Shown: positions 43,192-53,400 of the stretch, one piece after another | Position numbering within the stretch: position 1 is the stretch's first letter | How the letters are laid out: each line of letters opens with the position of its first letter | Assembly: GCA_020440605.1 (NCBI GenBank) | Contig: JAGRNT010000005.1 | Coordinates: 128,404 to 192,403, forward strand | Direction: 5' to 3' | Source: a bacterium | GTDB lineage: Bacteria > 4484-113 > JAFGCY01 | Length of the DNA stretch: 64,000 nt | Translations under genes and position numbers: made by a program | The notes under the pieces: generated by a model | Told to the model about the DNA's origin: nothing | Seen by the model: only the letters and a program-made list of their open reading frames with translations | Databases searched by the model: none

Positions 43192-43545
43192 TTATTCCTG
43201 ACTCCAGATCCCGACGCAGGTGCCGCTCGGGTCGAGGAACAGCGCGAAGCTGCCGTGCTCATCCGAGATCTTGGTCTTCGGCATCACCTGCGTGCCGCCG
43301 TTGGCCATGATCTGCTCCATGCTCTGATCGATGTTCTCGACATGGATGTAGATCAGGGTCTTCTGCATGTCCGGGCCCTTCTCCTCAACGCGGAAGCCGC
43401 CGCCCAGTTCGCCCTCGCCGGGCACCCAGCCGCCGTAGTTCGGCATCATGTCGGAGCACTGCCAGTTGAAGACCTTCGAATAGAAGTCCTTGGTGCCCTC
43501 CAGGTCGTGGGAGACGATTTCGACGTGACAGATCTTGTGGATCAT
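43192..43545 (-). CDS. VOC family protein
   Basis: MIHKICHVEIVSHDLEGTKDFYSKVFNW…DPSGTCVGIWS. Confidence 0.7.
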   Translation of the reverse strand: MIHKICHVEIVSHDLEGTKDFYSKVFNWQCSDMMPNYGGWVPGEGELGGGFRVEEKGPDMQKTLIYIHVENIDQSMEQIMANGGTQVMPKTKISDEHGSFALFLDPSGTCVGIWSQE

Positions 43546-43625
43546 TGTGTTTTCCTACCTCTCAGAATGTATGTGAATCAACTGCATCAGCCGCGCCCGC
43601 TGGGCACAGCCCTCAATGCACTGTG

Positions 43626-44156
43626 TCAGTGGTTGTGGCCGGCATGCGGATCCGCGGCCTCGGTCTCTTCCTCCATGGCGGGCATGGACTGGTTGGAGGA
43701 GAACAGGCCGATCAGATTGCCGGAGGGGTCATGGAACATCCCGATGTAGCCTTCGCCGACGTACAGCTCCATCCCGGTGGACTTGCCGCCTGCGGCCTCG
43801 ATTGCTGCATAGCTGTCCGCAATGCTCTCGCTGTAGATGTAGAACACCACGCCGCCATCCGGGTTGGGCTTGCCGTCGCCGGTGAAGCCGCCCATCGCGG
43901 TGCCGCCGTCACTCCAGAACATGTAGTCCATGCCCTCGGGTCCCGGCATCGCGGTCCAGCCGAATACATCGCCGTAGAAGGCTGCCGACTGGTCCAGATC
44001 GAGACTGGGGATCTCGATGTGCACGACCTGTCCGGCCTGGGGGTTCCACTCCGGCATCGGAGCATCGCCTTCCTGGGCTCCGGCAAGGGAGCAAAGCAGC
44101 ATGAGCGCCAGCAGCGCTGAAACAAAGAAACGCATTTTCCTGACCATCCTTTCCAT
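43626..44156 (-). CDS. VOC family protein with signal peptide
   Basis: MRFFVSALLALMLLCSLAGAQEG signal peptide, VOC core HIEIPSLDLDQSAAFYGDVFGW, His-rich C-terminus. Confidence 0.65.
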   Translation of the reverse strand: MERMVRKMRFFVSALLALMLLCSLAGAQEGDAPMPEWNPQAGQVVHIEIPSLDLDQSAAFYGDVFGWTAMPGPEGMDYMFWSDGGTAMGGFTGDGKPNPDGGVVFYIYSESIADSYAAIEAAGGKSTGMELYVGEGYIGMFHDPSGNLIGLFSSNQSMPAMEEETEAADPHAGHNH

Positions 44157-44206
44157 ATTGCCAACGGGACCTTCCCGCCGGCGAAAATGCCAGTATCAGC
44201 CGGTCC

Positions 44207-44731
44207 TCAGCCGTTGGGGCTGATCAGACCGAGCATATTCCCCTGGGGATCGTTGAACAGCCCGACAGTCGCCCTGCCGCCCTCGATCTCCATCGTGAAG
44301 TCAATGGACCGCCCGCCGGCGCGGTTGATCCGCTTGAAGCTCTCGTCAATGTCATCGCTGTAGAGGTAGATCACCACACCGCGCCCCTCACCGGGTGCCA
44401 CGAAGCTCGTGATCCCGCCGGTGTTGCCGGCCGGGTCGACCCAGTTGAGGATCTTTCCGCCCGTTTCCTCGTTGTCGCTGATCTCCCAGCCGAAGACCTC
44501 GCTGTAGAACTCACGCGACTCCTCCAGATCGTTCGACGGAATGTCCACGCGGATCATTGCACCGTCCAGCATCCCGGGCATCCCGGCTGCCAGCTCCCGG
44601 CCGCTCAGTTCTCCGGCCACGGCAGGTTCAGGCTCCGCGGCAGCCACATCCTGGGCCTGGACCCGGTTGAGCCCGAGCATCAGCAGCAGGCAGAGCAGTA
44701 CGATCAGGTTCAGCGAATGCAGCACTTTCAT
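44207..44731 (-). CDS. VOC family protein with signal peptide
   Basis: MKVLHSLNLIVLLCLLLMLGLNRVQAQD signal peptide. VOC core RVDIPSNDLEESREFYSEVFGW. Confidence 0.65.
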   Translation of the reverse strand: MKVLHSLNLIVLLCLLLMLGLNRVQAQDVAAAEPEPAVAGELSGRELAAGMPGMLDGAMIRVDIPSNDLEESREFYSEVFGWEISDNEETGGKILNWVDPAGNTGGITSFVAPGEGRGVVIYLYSDDIDESFKRINRAGGRSIDFTMEIEGGRATVGLFNDPQGNMLGLISPNG

Positions 44732-44754
44732 GATTCAGATTCCCCGAATAGCTT

Positions 44755-44784
44755 AACTATACACATGTTTGGTGGTAATTGCAA
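44755..44784 (-). promoter_or_regulatory. candidate sigma70-type promoter (minus strand)
   Basis: Read on the minus strand: TTGCAA, 17-nt spacer, TATAGT. Lies in an AT-rich intergenic region upstream of the gene starting at 44731. Confidence 0.4.
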
Positions 44785-44820
44785 GAGCCTGTCACCAGAC
44801 ATTATGTATATTCCACAGAC

Positions 44821-45330
44821 CTACTTGTTCATTTCCGCAAGCTGGCGCCAGTCGAGGTCATCCTCCACCCAGGAGCGTAGGGCCTTCATCAACCCCACGC
44901 TGCCCTCCGTGCGGCCATCGAGCATCGCCTGGCTGATGTGGCCCATCATCTCGCCGCGCGTGCGCAGCAGGGTGCCGCCGTCCTGCTCGATCAGCTTCCA
45001 GATCCCGCCGCTGTTGATGGAGCCGAACATGCCCCACTGGCCGACCGCGGCAAAGGCATTCGGCGGATCACAGTAAGTGACCATCGCATACAGCGCTCCG
45101 TTACCCTTGTCGTCGAAGCGCTCCTCCCAGCGGCCCATCACGCGCGGCTCGAAGACCACGGTGCTGCCGGGCTTGAAGCGGTGCATCCACCAGCTGTCCA
45201 TCCCGTCCACGATCTTCTCCCAGGCCTTGCCGATCGGCGCGCGCAGGAAGATCTCGTACTCCGAGGAGACGAGCTCCACCTTGAGCGGGTCCTGGAAGTT
45301 GAAGCCGACTTCCCTGTTGTCAGAATCCAT
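44821..45330 (-). CDS. SRPBCC family protein (Aha1-like)
   Basis: ATG at 45328-45330 with a GGAGA SD (MDSDNREVGFNFQDPLKVELVSSEYEIFLRAPIGKAWEKI…). Confidence 0.65.
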   Translation of the reverse strand: MDSDNREVGFNFQDPLKVELVSSEYEIFLRAPIGKAWEKIVDGMDSWWMHRFKPGSTVVFEPRVMGRWEERFDDKGNGALYAMVTYCDPPNAFAAVGQWGMFGSINSGGIWKLIEQDGGTLLRTRGEMMGHISQAMLDGRTEGSVGLMKALRSWVEDDLDWRQLAEMNK

Positions 45331-45359
45331 TGCTTTCTCCAATTCCTTGATCTTGGTTG

Positions 45360-45827
45360 TCAGCCGCGCCCCTCGAGCAGCGGCTTGAGTTTCCCGGCAT
45401 AGACCTCGGCGCTGCCGGCCAGCATGTTGGCGATCATCTTCTGTGAGACATCCCCGGCCCCGAGCGTCACCTCGCGTAGCAGCGTGCCGCCATCCTGCGC
45501 ACTGAGCTCCAGGTCGAAGATGAAATGCACGGCCTTCAGCATCCCGACATTGCCGCTGTAGCGCAACCGGTAGGGCGGCATGATCAGCTCCACCCTGCCA
45601 TAGAGCACACCGTTGCCGCTTTCATCGAACTGCTCGAAGAAGCGTCCGCCGATGCGCGGCTCGAGGATGATGCTGTGCGGGTTCTCGCTCCAGGTGTGGG
45701 TCCAGTACAGATGCGGTTCCTCCACGAGCGCACGGAAGGTGTGCTCCACCGGGGCATTGATGAACACCTCGTAGTCGATGCGGAACTTGCCGACCTCGCT
45801 CAGCAGCTGGTGTGTATCATGCTCCAT
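45360..45827 (-). CDS. SRPBCC family protein (Aha1-like)
   Basis: ATG at 45825-45827 (MEHDTHQLLSEVGKFRIDYEVFINAPVEHTFRALVEEPHLYWTH…). The track ORF is over-extended upstream. Confidence 0.65.
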   Translation of the reverse strand: MEHDTHQLLSEVGKFRIDYEVFINAPVEHTFRALVEEPHLYWTHTWSENPHSIILEPRIGGRFFEQFDESGNGVLYGRVELIMPPYRLRYSGNVGMLKAVHFIFDLELSAQDGGTLLREVTLGAGDVSQKMIANMLAGSAEVYAGKLKPLLEGRG

Positions 45828-45828
45828 C

Positions 45829-46431
45829 TCAGTCTTCCCGGCCGGCACTGCGGTCCACGCGCTCGCCATCCTCAATGAAGCGCTTGAGTGAAAGCCAGAC
45901 CTCGCGCGTGCCCTCGACCCGACCCTCGCCGATCTCCTCCAGTTCACCGATCGCCGCGCCATTGGTGGTGATCAGCGTGCCGCCGTCCAGTTCCTCGAAC
46001 TTCCAGACCCCGCCGCTGACATTCGCGCGCGGCATGCCCCACTGTCCGTCGAGCTTCACGATCCGCCCGTCTTCGATGTAGAGCACATGCCCGAAGATCG
46101 CCCCCGTGTCACCGCCGCGGAACTGTTCATAGACGCGTCCGCCGGCCCAGGGCTCAAACAGGATGCGGCTGTCCGGCTTGTAGCTGTGCGGCCACCAGCC
46201 GTCGATGTCGAGGATCGCCTTTTGCCAGACCTCATCCACAGGGGCATCGATCCACAGCCGGGTTTCGATGCGCAGCATCTGCGCTGTTTCCAGTTCGCCA
46301 TAGGTCACTTCGATCTCCGCCGGCACCTGCGGCTGCGCCTCCTCTTCCTGCGCGAGGCAGGCGAAGGGCAGAAGCAGCAGCACTGCCAGCAGCAGTGTCG
46401 CAGCATTTGTCTTCATTCGCATGATTGTCAT
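45829..46431 (-). CDS. SRPBCC family protein with signal peptide
   Basis: MTIMRMKTNAATLLLAVLLLLPFACLAQEEE signal peptide, then an Aha1-like core (…IDAPVDEVWQKAILDIDGWW…). Confidence 0.6.
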   Translation of the reverse strand: MTIMRMKTNAATLLLAVLLLLPFACLAQEEEAQPQVPAEIEVTYGELETAQMLRIETRLWIDAPVDEVWQKAILDIDGWWPHSYKPDSRILFEPWAGGRVYEQFRGGDTGAIFGHVLYIEDGRIVKLDGQWGMPRANVSGGVWKFEELDGGTLITTNGAAIGELEEIGEGRVEGTREVWLSLKRFIEDGERVDRSAGRED

Positions 46432-46483
46432 AACAGTTTCCACCTTGTTGATTGATTGGCGGCATTGCCCCGCCGCCGGTTCG

Positions 46484-47062
46484 TCAGGCCAGACGTTCCA
46501 CCGGAGCGCCGGCCAGTCTGAGCATCGTCTGCAGCACGCTGCGGTGCCCGTTCTCATGCGCCACCAGGAAAAGGATGGCCGACACCAGGCTGCCAGGGCC
46601 CGCGGCCTCCAGAGCGGCGGTGTCCTCTCCCTTCTCCCTGAGTGCACTGAGCTGCTGCGTGTAACTCCCCTGCGTGCCAACCGTTGGCATGAGCAGCGTG
46701 CTGAAGCCCTGCTCCAGCCAGGGCTGGATCAGGCTGCGGCTGAACTGCAGGCGCTCGATGATCTCCGTGAGACTGCCCTCGCGGAACTGCCAGGGCTGAT
46801 CGCGTCCCGGGTAGTCAGCCGCCCAGCGTACGTAGCCGGCCTTCTCGCCGGAGAGCATCTCCGCCACGTAGGCGCGGTAGTCAGCGATGTGCTTGAGCTG
46901 CTCACCGACGCTGAAGCTGTAGCTGCCATCGGGCATCTCTGGTCGCCAGTCCACCAGCTCCTCAGTGACCACGGCCGCGATCTTGTCCGTGTAGTCCAGC
47001 ATCGCCGTGATGCTCCAGATGGCATCGATGATGCGCGGATCATTGGCTGCCTGCATATCCAT
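46484..47062 (-). CDS. DinB/YfiT-like family protein
   Basis: 192 aa, four-helix DinB_2-like pattern with conserved His (…LFLVAHENGHRSVL…). Confidence 0.55.
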   Translation of the reverse strand: MDMQAANDPRIIDAIWSITAMLDYTDKIAAVVTEELVDWRPEMPDGSYSFSVGEQLKHIADYRAYVAEMLSGEKAGYVRWAADYPGRDQPWQFREGSLTEIIERLQFSRSLIQPWLEQGFSTLLMPTVGTQGSYTQQLSALREKGEDTAALEAAGPGSLVSAILFLVAHENGHRSVLQTMLRLAGAPVERLA

Positions 47063-47087
47063 TCACTTGTCTCCTTTCAATCGGTAA

Positions 47088-47666
47088 TCAGTTGTCAACC
47101 GGCTCTGCGCTGGCCTGCGGCTTCACGAGTGCTGCAATCACCAGCCCGGCGAGCGTCCAGCCGATCAGCCCGTCGCTCATTTCAATCAGCAGATGGCGCA
47201 TGGGATACATGAAGAAGCCGCCGTTGATCCAGCTGGTGCAGAGGAAGGCCGCGGCCCCGAACAGCGTGCAGAGCAGCACGCGGCCACCGTAACCGGAGCG
47301 GCCGGGCAGCAGCAGCATGAACTGGGCCACGAGCAGCGCGGCTACGATCGCACCGAGCAGGCCCCGCAGATGCGGCATGGGGTCGTTCATGTCCATCCCG
47401 TCAGGGCTGAAGCTCATGATGCCGATGCCGGGCACACTCTTCGCGAGCTGGATGTGCTCCTCACGGCTCATGCCCTCCACCGTTCCCGGGTAGTAGTTCA
47501 GGCCCGGCTCCGCACCCATCTCCAGCAGCAGGGCGTCCAGCCGTGCGCTGTGTTCGATGCCGTTGAGGCTCTCCATGTGGAAGGGCAGCAGCGCCCAGGA
47601 GATGAAGAGCCAGATGTAAAGGGCCAGTCCACCCAGGGCTCCGGCCAGCAGTACCCGCAGATTCAT
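47088..47666 (-). CDS. membrane protein (about 4 TM), hypothetical
   Basis: ATG at 47664-47666 (MNLRVLLAGALGGLALYIWLFISWALLPF…). The track ORF is over-extended upstream. Confidence 0.55.
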   Translation of the reverse strand: MNLRVLLAGALGGLALYIWLFISWALLPFHMESLNGIEHSARLDALLLEMGAEPGLNYYPGTVEGMSREEHIQLAKSVPGIGIMSFSPDGMDMNDPMPHLRGLLGAIVAALLVAQFMLLLPGRSGYGGRVLLCTLFGAAAFLCTSWINGGFFMYPMRHLLIEMSDGLIGWTLAGLVIAALVKPQASAEPVDN

Positions 47667-47679
47667 TCCAGTCCTCCTG

Positions 47680-48027
47680 TTACTTCCCATCATTGTCGTC
47701 CCTGTGCAGGTCCCGTTCCACATGGTCCTTGAGCCGCAGGAGCGAGCTGGACCAGAGTTCCGCATACGGCCCCATCCAGCGCTCGTAGACCTGGCGGATC
47801 GGCACCGTGTTGAGGTAGTTGAAGCGCTGCCGCCCTTCGCGCCTGACGAGCACCAGCCCGGCATCCGCCAGGATCCCGAGATGCTTCATCACGGCGAAGC
47901 GTGACAGCTCCGCAAAAGCCCCGCACAGCTGGCCTGTGGTCTTCGGGCCCGGCTTCAGCAGATCCAGGATCCTCCGCCTCGTCGGATCCGCCAGGGCCTT
48001 GAAGACTGCATCCAGCGCATCATCCAT
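47680..48027 (-). CDS. ArsR/SmtB family transcriptional regulator
   Basis: LADPTRRRILDLLKPGPKTTGQLCGAFAELSRFAVMKHLGILADAGLV is a winged-HTH. First gene of the minus-strand detox array. Confidence 0.8.
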   Translation of the reverse strand: MDDALDAVFKALADPTRRRILDLLKPGPKTTGQLCGAFAELSRFAVMKHLGILADAGLVLVRREGRQRFNYLNTVPIRQVYERWMGPYAELWSSSLLRLKDHVERDLHRDDNDGK

Positions 48028-48324
48028 GTTATGTGACTAAATAGTAACATGTTTTTTGGATGTGTCAAGTGGAGAAGGAGCTGCCCGCTTCAGCGGCAGT
48101 AGCGGCCAGGTCTTGGCCTTGTGATAGTGCGAATAGTCTGAGTAGTACGAATAGTGGGGAAGTAGAAGATACTTGAGAGTCGGGTAGAGGTGCGGCCCTG
48201 CCGCACCATGGAGAGGATGTAGCGAATGGCCAACCAACATGATCCTGGCAATCCAGTGATGCAGGCAAGCTGCGCGCCTCGGCATTCCCTCCGGTAGAAT
48301 CCAGGTGCTGAGGAGATTGAGCTG

Positions 48325-50406
48325 ATGAGACCGGGAACATACATATATGTAGTGCTGGCGGGCCTGCTGCTGGGCAGTGGCTGTGCGAGGGCAGGTGCGC
48401 CGGAGGCGTCCCAGCCGGTCAATCCGCAACTGCCAGCTGCGACTGCTGAAGCTGCTTTCAGCGAGGGTATTCCATCCCCCTCCGCGCTGCTGCGCGCCGC
48501 CAGTGCGGACCATCCCGGCCAGCAGCTCGACGGCTCCTCATATTCAACGGCTTTCGGTCCACAGCGGGTTGCAGGGGCGGACAGCACTGCCGTATTCACA
48601 CCGGACTGGCTGCAGGGTGACAGTGAATCGGCGATGCAGCCAGCCTGGGCCGCCTGGATGCTGGATCTTTCCTCTGAGACCGACACGAATGTGCTTAAGC
48701 TCGACTGGAAGGCCGCCCCGCAGCAGGCCTATGTCGCGCTCGCCGACTGGGGCAGCGACCGCTGGATCTGGCGCAGCTTAAGCAATCCGGCGGAGCTGGA
48801 ATTCCTGCCCGCTGCATCCCTGCTGCATCCTGATGACAACACCCTGGCCTGCGTGATCCTGGCAACGGGCCAGGACCAGTCCGTGCTGAACGGCATCCAG
48901 GCCGTGTTCCGGGACGAGCTGCCTGGTGGCTTCATCAATGACGGAAACCCCCTCGGGATGAACCTCGAGGGCCTGGCCGACTGGGGCCGCAGCATCCCCT
49001 TCACCGATGTCTTCAGGCTCTCACGCAGCTGGATCCCGCAGGAGGCCGAGGGCTGGACCTGGGATACCGGTGAAACGCTGGATATCGATGCCAACGGCTG
49101 GGTTGCCAGCCTTGAGCCGGGTCAGGCCGCCGGCAATGTGCTCGTGACCAATAATGCGGGCAACTACCCGGAGGGAGACTACATCTGCCTCTACGACGGC
49201 GAGGGCACGATCACCTGGGGCATCAATGCCAGTGTGGTCAGTGAGGAGCCGGGCCGCCAGGTGGTGCACATCACCCCCGGAGCTGACAACACGGCGCACA
49301 TCAAGATCACCGCCACCAACTCAGCCGATCCCGTGCGCAACATCCGCCTGATCCTGCCGGGGCACGAGGCGGACTACATGGACAACATCTGGAATCCGGA
49401 TTTCGTTGCCACGCTGGAACCCTTCTCCTGCCTGCGCTTCATGGATCTGCAGAACACCAACGGTACGCAGGTTGAGCACTGGAGCGAGCGCACCACACCT
49501 GATCATTCCAGCCAGGCCCGCGCTGCCGGGATCTGCCCGGAGTATCTGGTGCTGCTTGCCAACCAGGCGCAGAAGGACCCCTGGTTCTGCATGCCGCACC
49601 GCGCCGATGACGACTACATCACGCAGTTCGCGACGCTCGTGCGCGACACCCTGGACCCGGAGCTGCGCATCTACATCGAGTACTCCAACGAGGTCTGGAA
49701 CGGTTCCTTCCCCGCCGCCGGCTATGCCCAGGAGCGCGGGCTGGCACTCGGCCTGTCGGAGAATGCCTACGAGGCGCACCTGCGTTACTACTCCCAGCGT
49801 TCCGTCGAGATCTTCGCGATCTGGCAACAGGTCTTCAGCGGGCAGGAGGACAGGCTCGTGCGCGTGATCAGCGGCCAGCATGTCAACGCCTGGGCGGCGG
49901 ACCAGATCCTCGACTGGCAGAATGCCTACGAGCACGCCGACTGCTATGCCACCGCGCCCTACTTCGGCGGCGGGATCGGCAGTTCCCCGAATGCGGATGC
50001 CGCGTTGACGATGTCACTGGCGGAGATCGTGCAGTTCTGCGCGGACAGCCTGCCCCAGAACTATGCCACGATGCAGGAGAATGCCGAGGATGCCCACAGC
50101 CGCGGTCTGAAGCTGATTGCCTACGAGGGAGGGCAGCACATGGTGGGCTACGGCGAGTGGCAGAACAATGATGCCCTGACGGCGAAGCTGACCGCTGCCA
50201 ACCGCGATCCCGGCATGCGCCAGGTCTACGCGGACTATCTTGCCAACTGGAGCCTGGCGGGTGGCGAGCGCTTCATGGCCTTCTCGCACATCGGCGGCTA
50301 TGGCCGCTACGGCTCCTGGGGCGTGATGGAACGCCTGGCCCAGCCGCTCAGCGAAAGCCCCAAGCTGCAGGGCCTGCTGGACTGGCAGGCCACGCAGCAG
50401 GACTGA
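48325..50406 (+). CDS. lipoprotein, hypothetical (possible glycoside-hydrolase-like C-terminal region)
   Basis: MRPGTYIYVVLAGLLLGSGC lipobox. N-terminal domain VALADWGSDRWIWRS is homologous to that of the PPC lipoproteins. GAGGAG RBS with TAGAAT upstream. Confidence 0.7.
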   Translation: MRPGTYIYVVLAGLLLGSGCARAGAPEASQPVNPQLPAATAEAAFSEGIPSPSALLRAASADHPGQQLDGSSYSTAFGPQRVAGADSTAVFTPDWLQGDSESAMQPAWAAWMLDLSSETDTNVLKLDWKAAPQQAYVALADWGSDRWIWRSLSNPAELEFLPAASLLHPDDNTLACVILATGQDQSVLNGIQAVFRDELPGGFINDGNPLGMNLEGLADWGRSIPFTDVFRLSRSWIPQEAEGWTWDTGETLDIDANGWVASLEPGQAAGNVLVTNNAGNYPEGDYICLYDGEGTITWGINASVVSEEPGRQVVHITPGADNTAHIKITATNSADPVRNIRLILPGHEADYMDNIWNPDFVATLEPFSCLRFMDLQNTNGTQVEHWSERTTPDHSSQARAAGICPEYLVLLANQAQKDPWFCMPHRADDDYITQFATLVRDTLDPELRIYIEYSNEVWNGSFPAAGYAQERGLALGLSENAYEAHLRYYSQRSVEIFAIWQQVFSGQEDRLVRVISGQHVNAWAADQILDWQNAYEHADCYATAPYFGGGIGSSPNADAALTMSLAEIVQFCADSLPQNYATMQENAEDAHSRGLKLIAYEGGQHMVGYGEWQNNDALTAKLTAANRDPGMRQVYADYLANWSLAGGERFMAFSHIGGYGRYGSWGVMERLAQPLSESPKLQGLLDWQATQQD

Positions 50407-50414
50407 AGCAGGCT

Positions 50415-53400
50415 TCAGTCGATCAGCATATTGAGGTTGTACTCCAGATCGGAGGAGCTGCTCACGAGCACCGCGTACTCATGGCCGGCCACCACGGGCA
50501 GGCGCATCAGCTGCGTGCCGTCGCTGTCAACGATCCGGCCATGGGCCAGCACTGTGCCGCTTGCGTCATCGATGATCCGCATGTAGACAATCAGCGGCTC
50601 ATCGCGCCAGGTCTTCAGCGTGACCTGCAGCACTCCGTCAGCGGCGGGCTGCACAGCGTAGTAGTCGTTGAGGTCATTGCCACCGGCGGCATTGATGTCG
50701 GCGAAGTCCGTACTGGCATTGATGTCCAGCGGCAGGGAGACGGGGGTGGCGGTGGCCCGGGAATTGTTCGGCTCACCGAAGTCATGGTTGTTGTAGCTGG
50801 CGGTGAAATCAACCTGCTCATCCTTGTCAATCAGCTCGACGGACACCTTGCCGGCGGGGCTGACATCATGGTTGGCAACGAACATCTCGATCTGGTAGCT
50901 GCCGACGGGGTAGTAGCCCAGGTCGTAATCGGGGCTGAACAGCCGTACCAGGCTACCGGTGGTGTGGTTGAGCACGTAGAGCTCGCCGTAGCTCTCACCC
51001 GGCTTGCCGTGGTCCAGCGTGCCGTGGATGCGGTAGAGCTCCTTCTCGGACTTGGCAATAGTGAGGCTGTAGGCGCCGTCACCGCCGGAGGCTGAGAGCC
51101 GCAGTTCGTAGTCCAGCCCCCCCACAACGGGGGCGTAGAAGTTCTGGCCGTCGCGCAGGTCATTTCCGCGGTATGTGTATGTCCCGTCCGCGCTCTCCAG
51201 CTGCAGGCTGACCCGGTTGTCAGGATCATCCGTTTGCAGCGTGAAGACCAGCGGCGCCGTATCCATACCGGTCAGCAGGTAGTAGTCCAGGGTGTCCGTT
51301 TCCTCGCTGAGCGTGGCAATGATCTCCTGGGGCAGGCCCTCCAGTACAGCGGCTGTGTCGTGGCCGTCATTGCTCTCCAGCGCGTCATCGTCGTAGTCGG
51401 CAGCCGCAGCGGCAAGCGTGTCACCGTTGATCTCGACCCAGTGTGAGGACGGTGAGAACTGCAGGCCGAAGGCCTGGTAGCTGAGCAGGATCTGCTCACC
51501 GTCATACAGCGGCAGGCCGATCTCCACGGAGTCCGCCTCGATGTCCAGGTTATCCGCGAACACGCCGTCAATGCTCCGCCAGTGAATCTCGCCATGGTCC
51601 AGCGGCTGATCCTTGAGGCTGATCTGCGCTGTCAGCGTGCGTGCCTCAAAGTCGAAGACATCCAGCGCATAGTTGCGCAGATCGCCATTGTAGAAAACCA
51701 TCAGGTAGTAGACACCGGCGGGCAGCGGATCCCTGCTGCGGATGGCGTTGCCGGTTTCGGATACCGCGGATTCCATACCCAGGCTGACCTCCCCTGATGT
51801 CTGCAGCGCCATGAAGCCGACATCATCGGGATCCGCCAGGTCATGCCCCGGGAACTGCACGCGGGCATAGACATGCCGGCCTTCCTGCACATTGAAGCGG
51901 TACCAGTCCACGTAGTCATCCCCCGTGGCATCCTTCCCGCCCAGCCAGCCCTCGACGGGTGCCGTAAGCGGCAGGCTCAGCACCGTTGCCTCGCCGAATG
52001 TGTCATTCGGTTCAGCCGGGTCAATCGGTGCGATGGTCGTGATGTTGAAGTCCAGGTCCAGCAGGTCGTCAGCGGCGAAGTCATAGCTGAAGTCCGTGGG
52101 ATTGAAGCTGTGGTGCGGATGCCGTGGGGTGATCTGCACCTGCTGCGGCGGGATGTAGTCATGCTCGAATGCGCCGTTGCTGAAACTGAGCAGCTGGCAG
52201 AGCGTGCCATCCACATCGAGCTCGATCACCGTGTTGGCAAGTTCCTCCTCCTGGCCGTCACCACCGTCACCGGGCAGGCCGCTGTCCGCCAGCTTGCCGC
52301 TGAGTTTCGAGGTCTCTCCGCTGATCAGTTCCAGCTCATAGCTGCCGCCCCCCGCCTCGCAGGTGATCTGGGCGATGTAGCTGCCCGCCTCGGGGAAGTA
52401 GTAACCAACCCAGTTGGCCCCCGAAAGGATGTCCGAGCTGCGCGCCGCTGCATGCCGCTGATCAAGGTAGAGCTGGATCAGCGGGAAGAGCACGGTCTCC
52501 GCGCTGCGCATCTCCAGGTAGTACCAGCCCTCGGCGGGGATGTCGAACCCGATGTTGTCAATCCTGTCGTCCAGGGCGCTGATGTAGCCGCCGCTGATCA
52601 GGCTGCCCGGCACATGGAAGGCGTTCTCGAGCTCGTTGTTGGGCTCATGCGGGTCCTGACCGCTGAAGCCCCAGGTCTGCGGCACGAGCCGGATTTCCAC
52701 GTTGTCAAGGTCACCACCGCTGACCGTGACCTGCAGGCCGTCCAGCGGCTGGACCCAGCCCGCCAGTGTCGCCATCACGGCCCAGTTGCCATCGGGGATT
52801 CCGTTCAGTTCGAAGCTGCCGTCCGCCCCGCTGAAGACCTGCTGCGGATCCGAGAGGTTCGTCGTCACCAGGGCGCCCTGCAGCGGATTGCCAGCCAGGT
52901 CGGTCACGTACCCGCTGAGATCATGGCGCAGCAGGTACTCGATCGTGACCGTGTCCGCGCTGAAGTCACTGCCGGGCGTGGCCACCAGCGCCACGTAGAT
53001 GAAGCCCGCCGGAGAGCTGTGCTGGCCTGGGCTGCCCGCGGCGTCCGCCTCGAAGTTGGCACCGCCGGCAGCACTGCCCAGCCAGTCCCAGCGTCCGCTG
53101 GCATAGTCGGAGATGCCCACGCTCAGCTCAGTGCCGGGCTGGGCTGAGGAAATGGCGATGTTCACGAGGCCGACACTGTCCTGCGGCGTGCCTGCGAAGC
53201 GCCAGATGGCGTACTCGATGTCCCCGGCAGCGCTGAACTGCGCCGATTCCGCATTGATGCCCACACCGCTGCTGGCTTCCTCGAAGTCAGCTCCGGCCAG
53301 ACTCAGGCTCGATACGGCCGGAACACGCGTGGGGCTGAAGCTGCCATCCATCGGCAGGCCCGCGCGGAAGATCTCCGCCTCCGGCAGCTGCTCCGGCTGT

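Noticed and set aside
43131-43192. Hairpin gcagcggaagcggtgcacggctgcacaccgcttccctgc as a Rho-independent terminator
   Set aside because: On the transcribed (minus) strand it is not followed by a U-tract, so I did not call it as a terminator feature.
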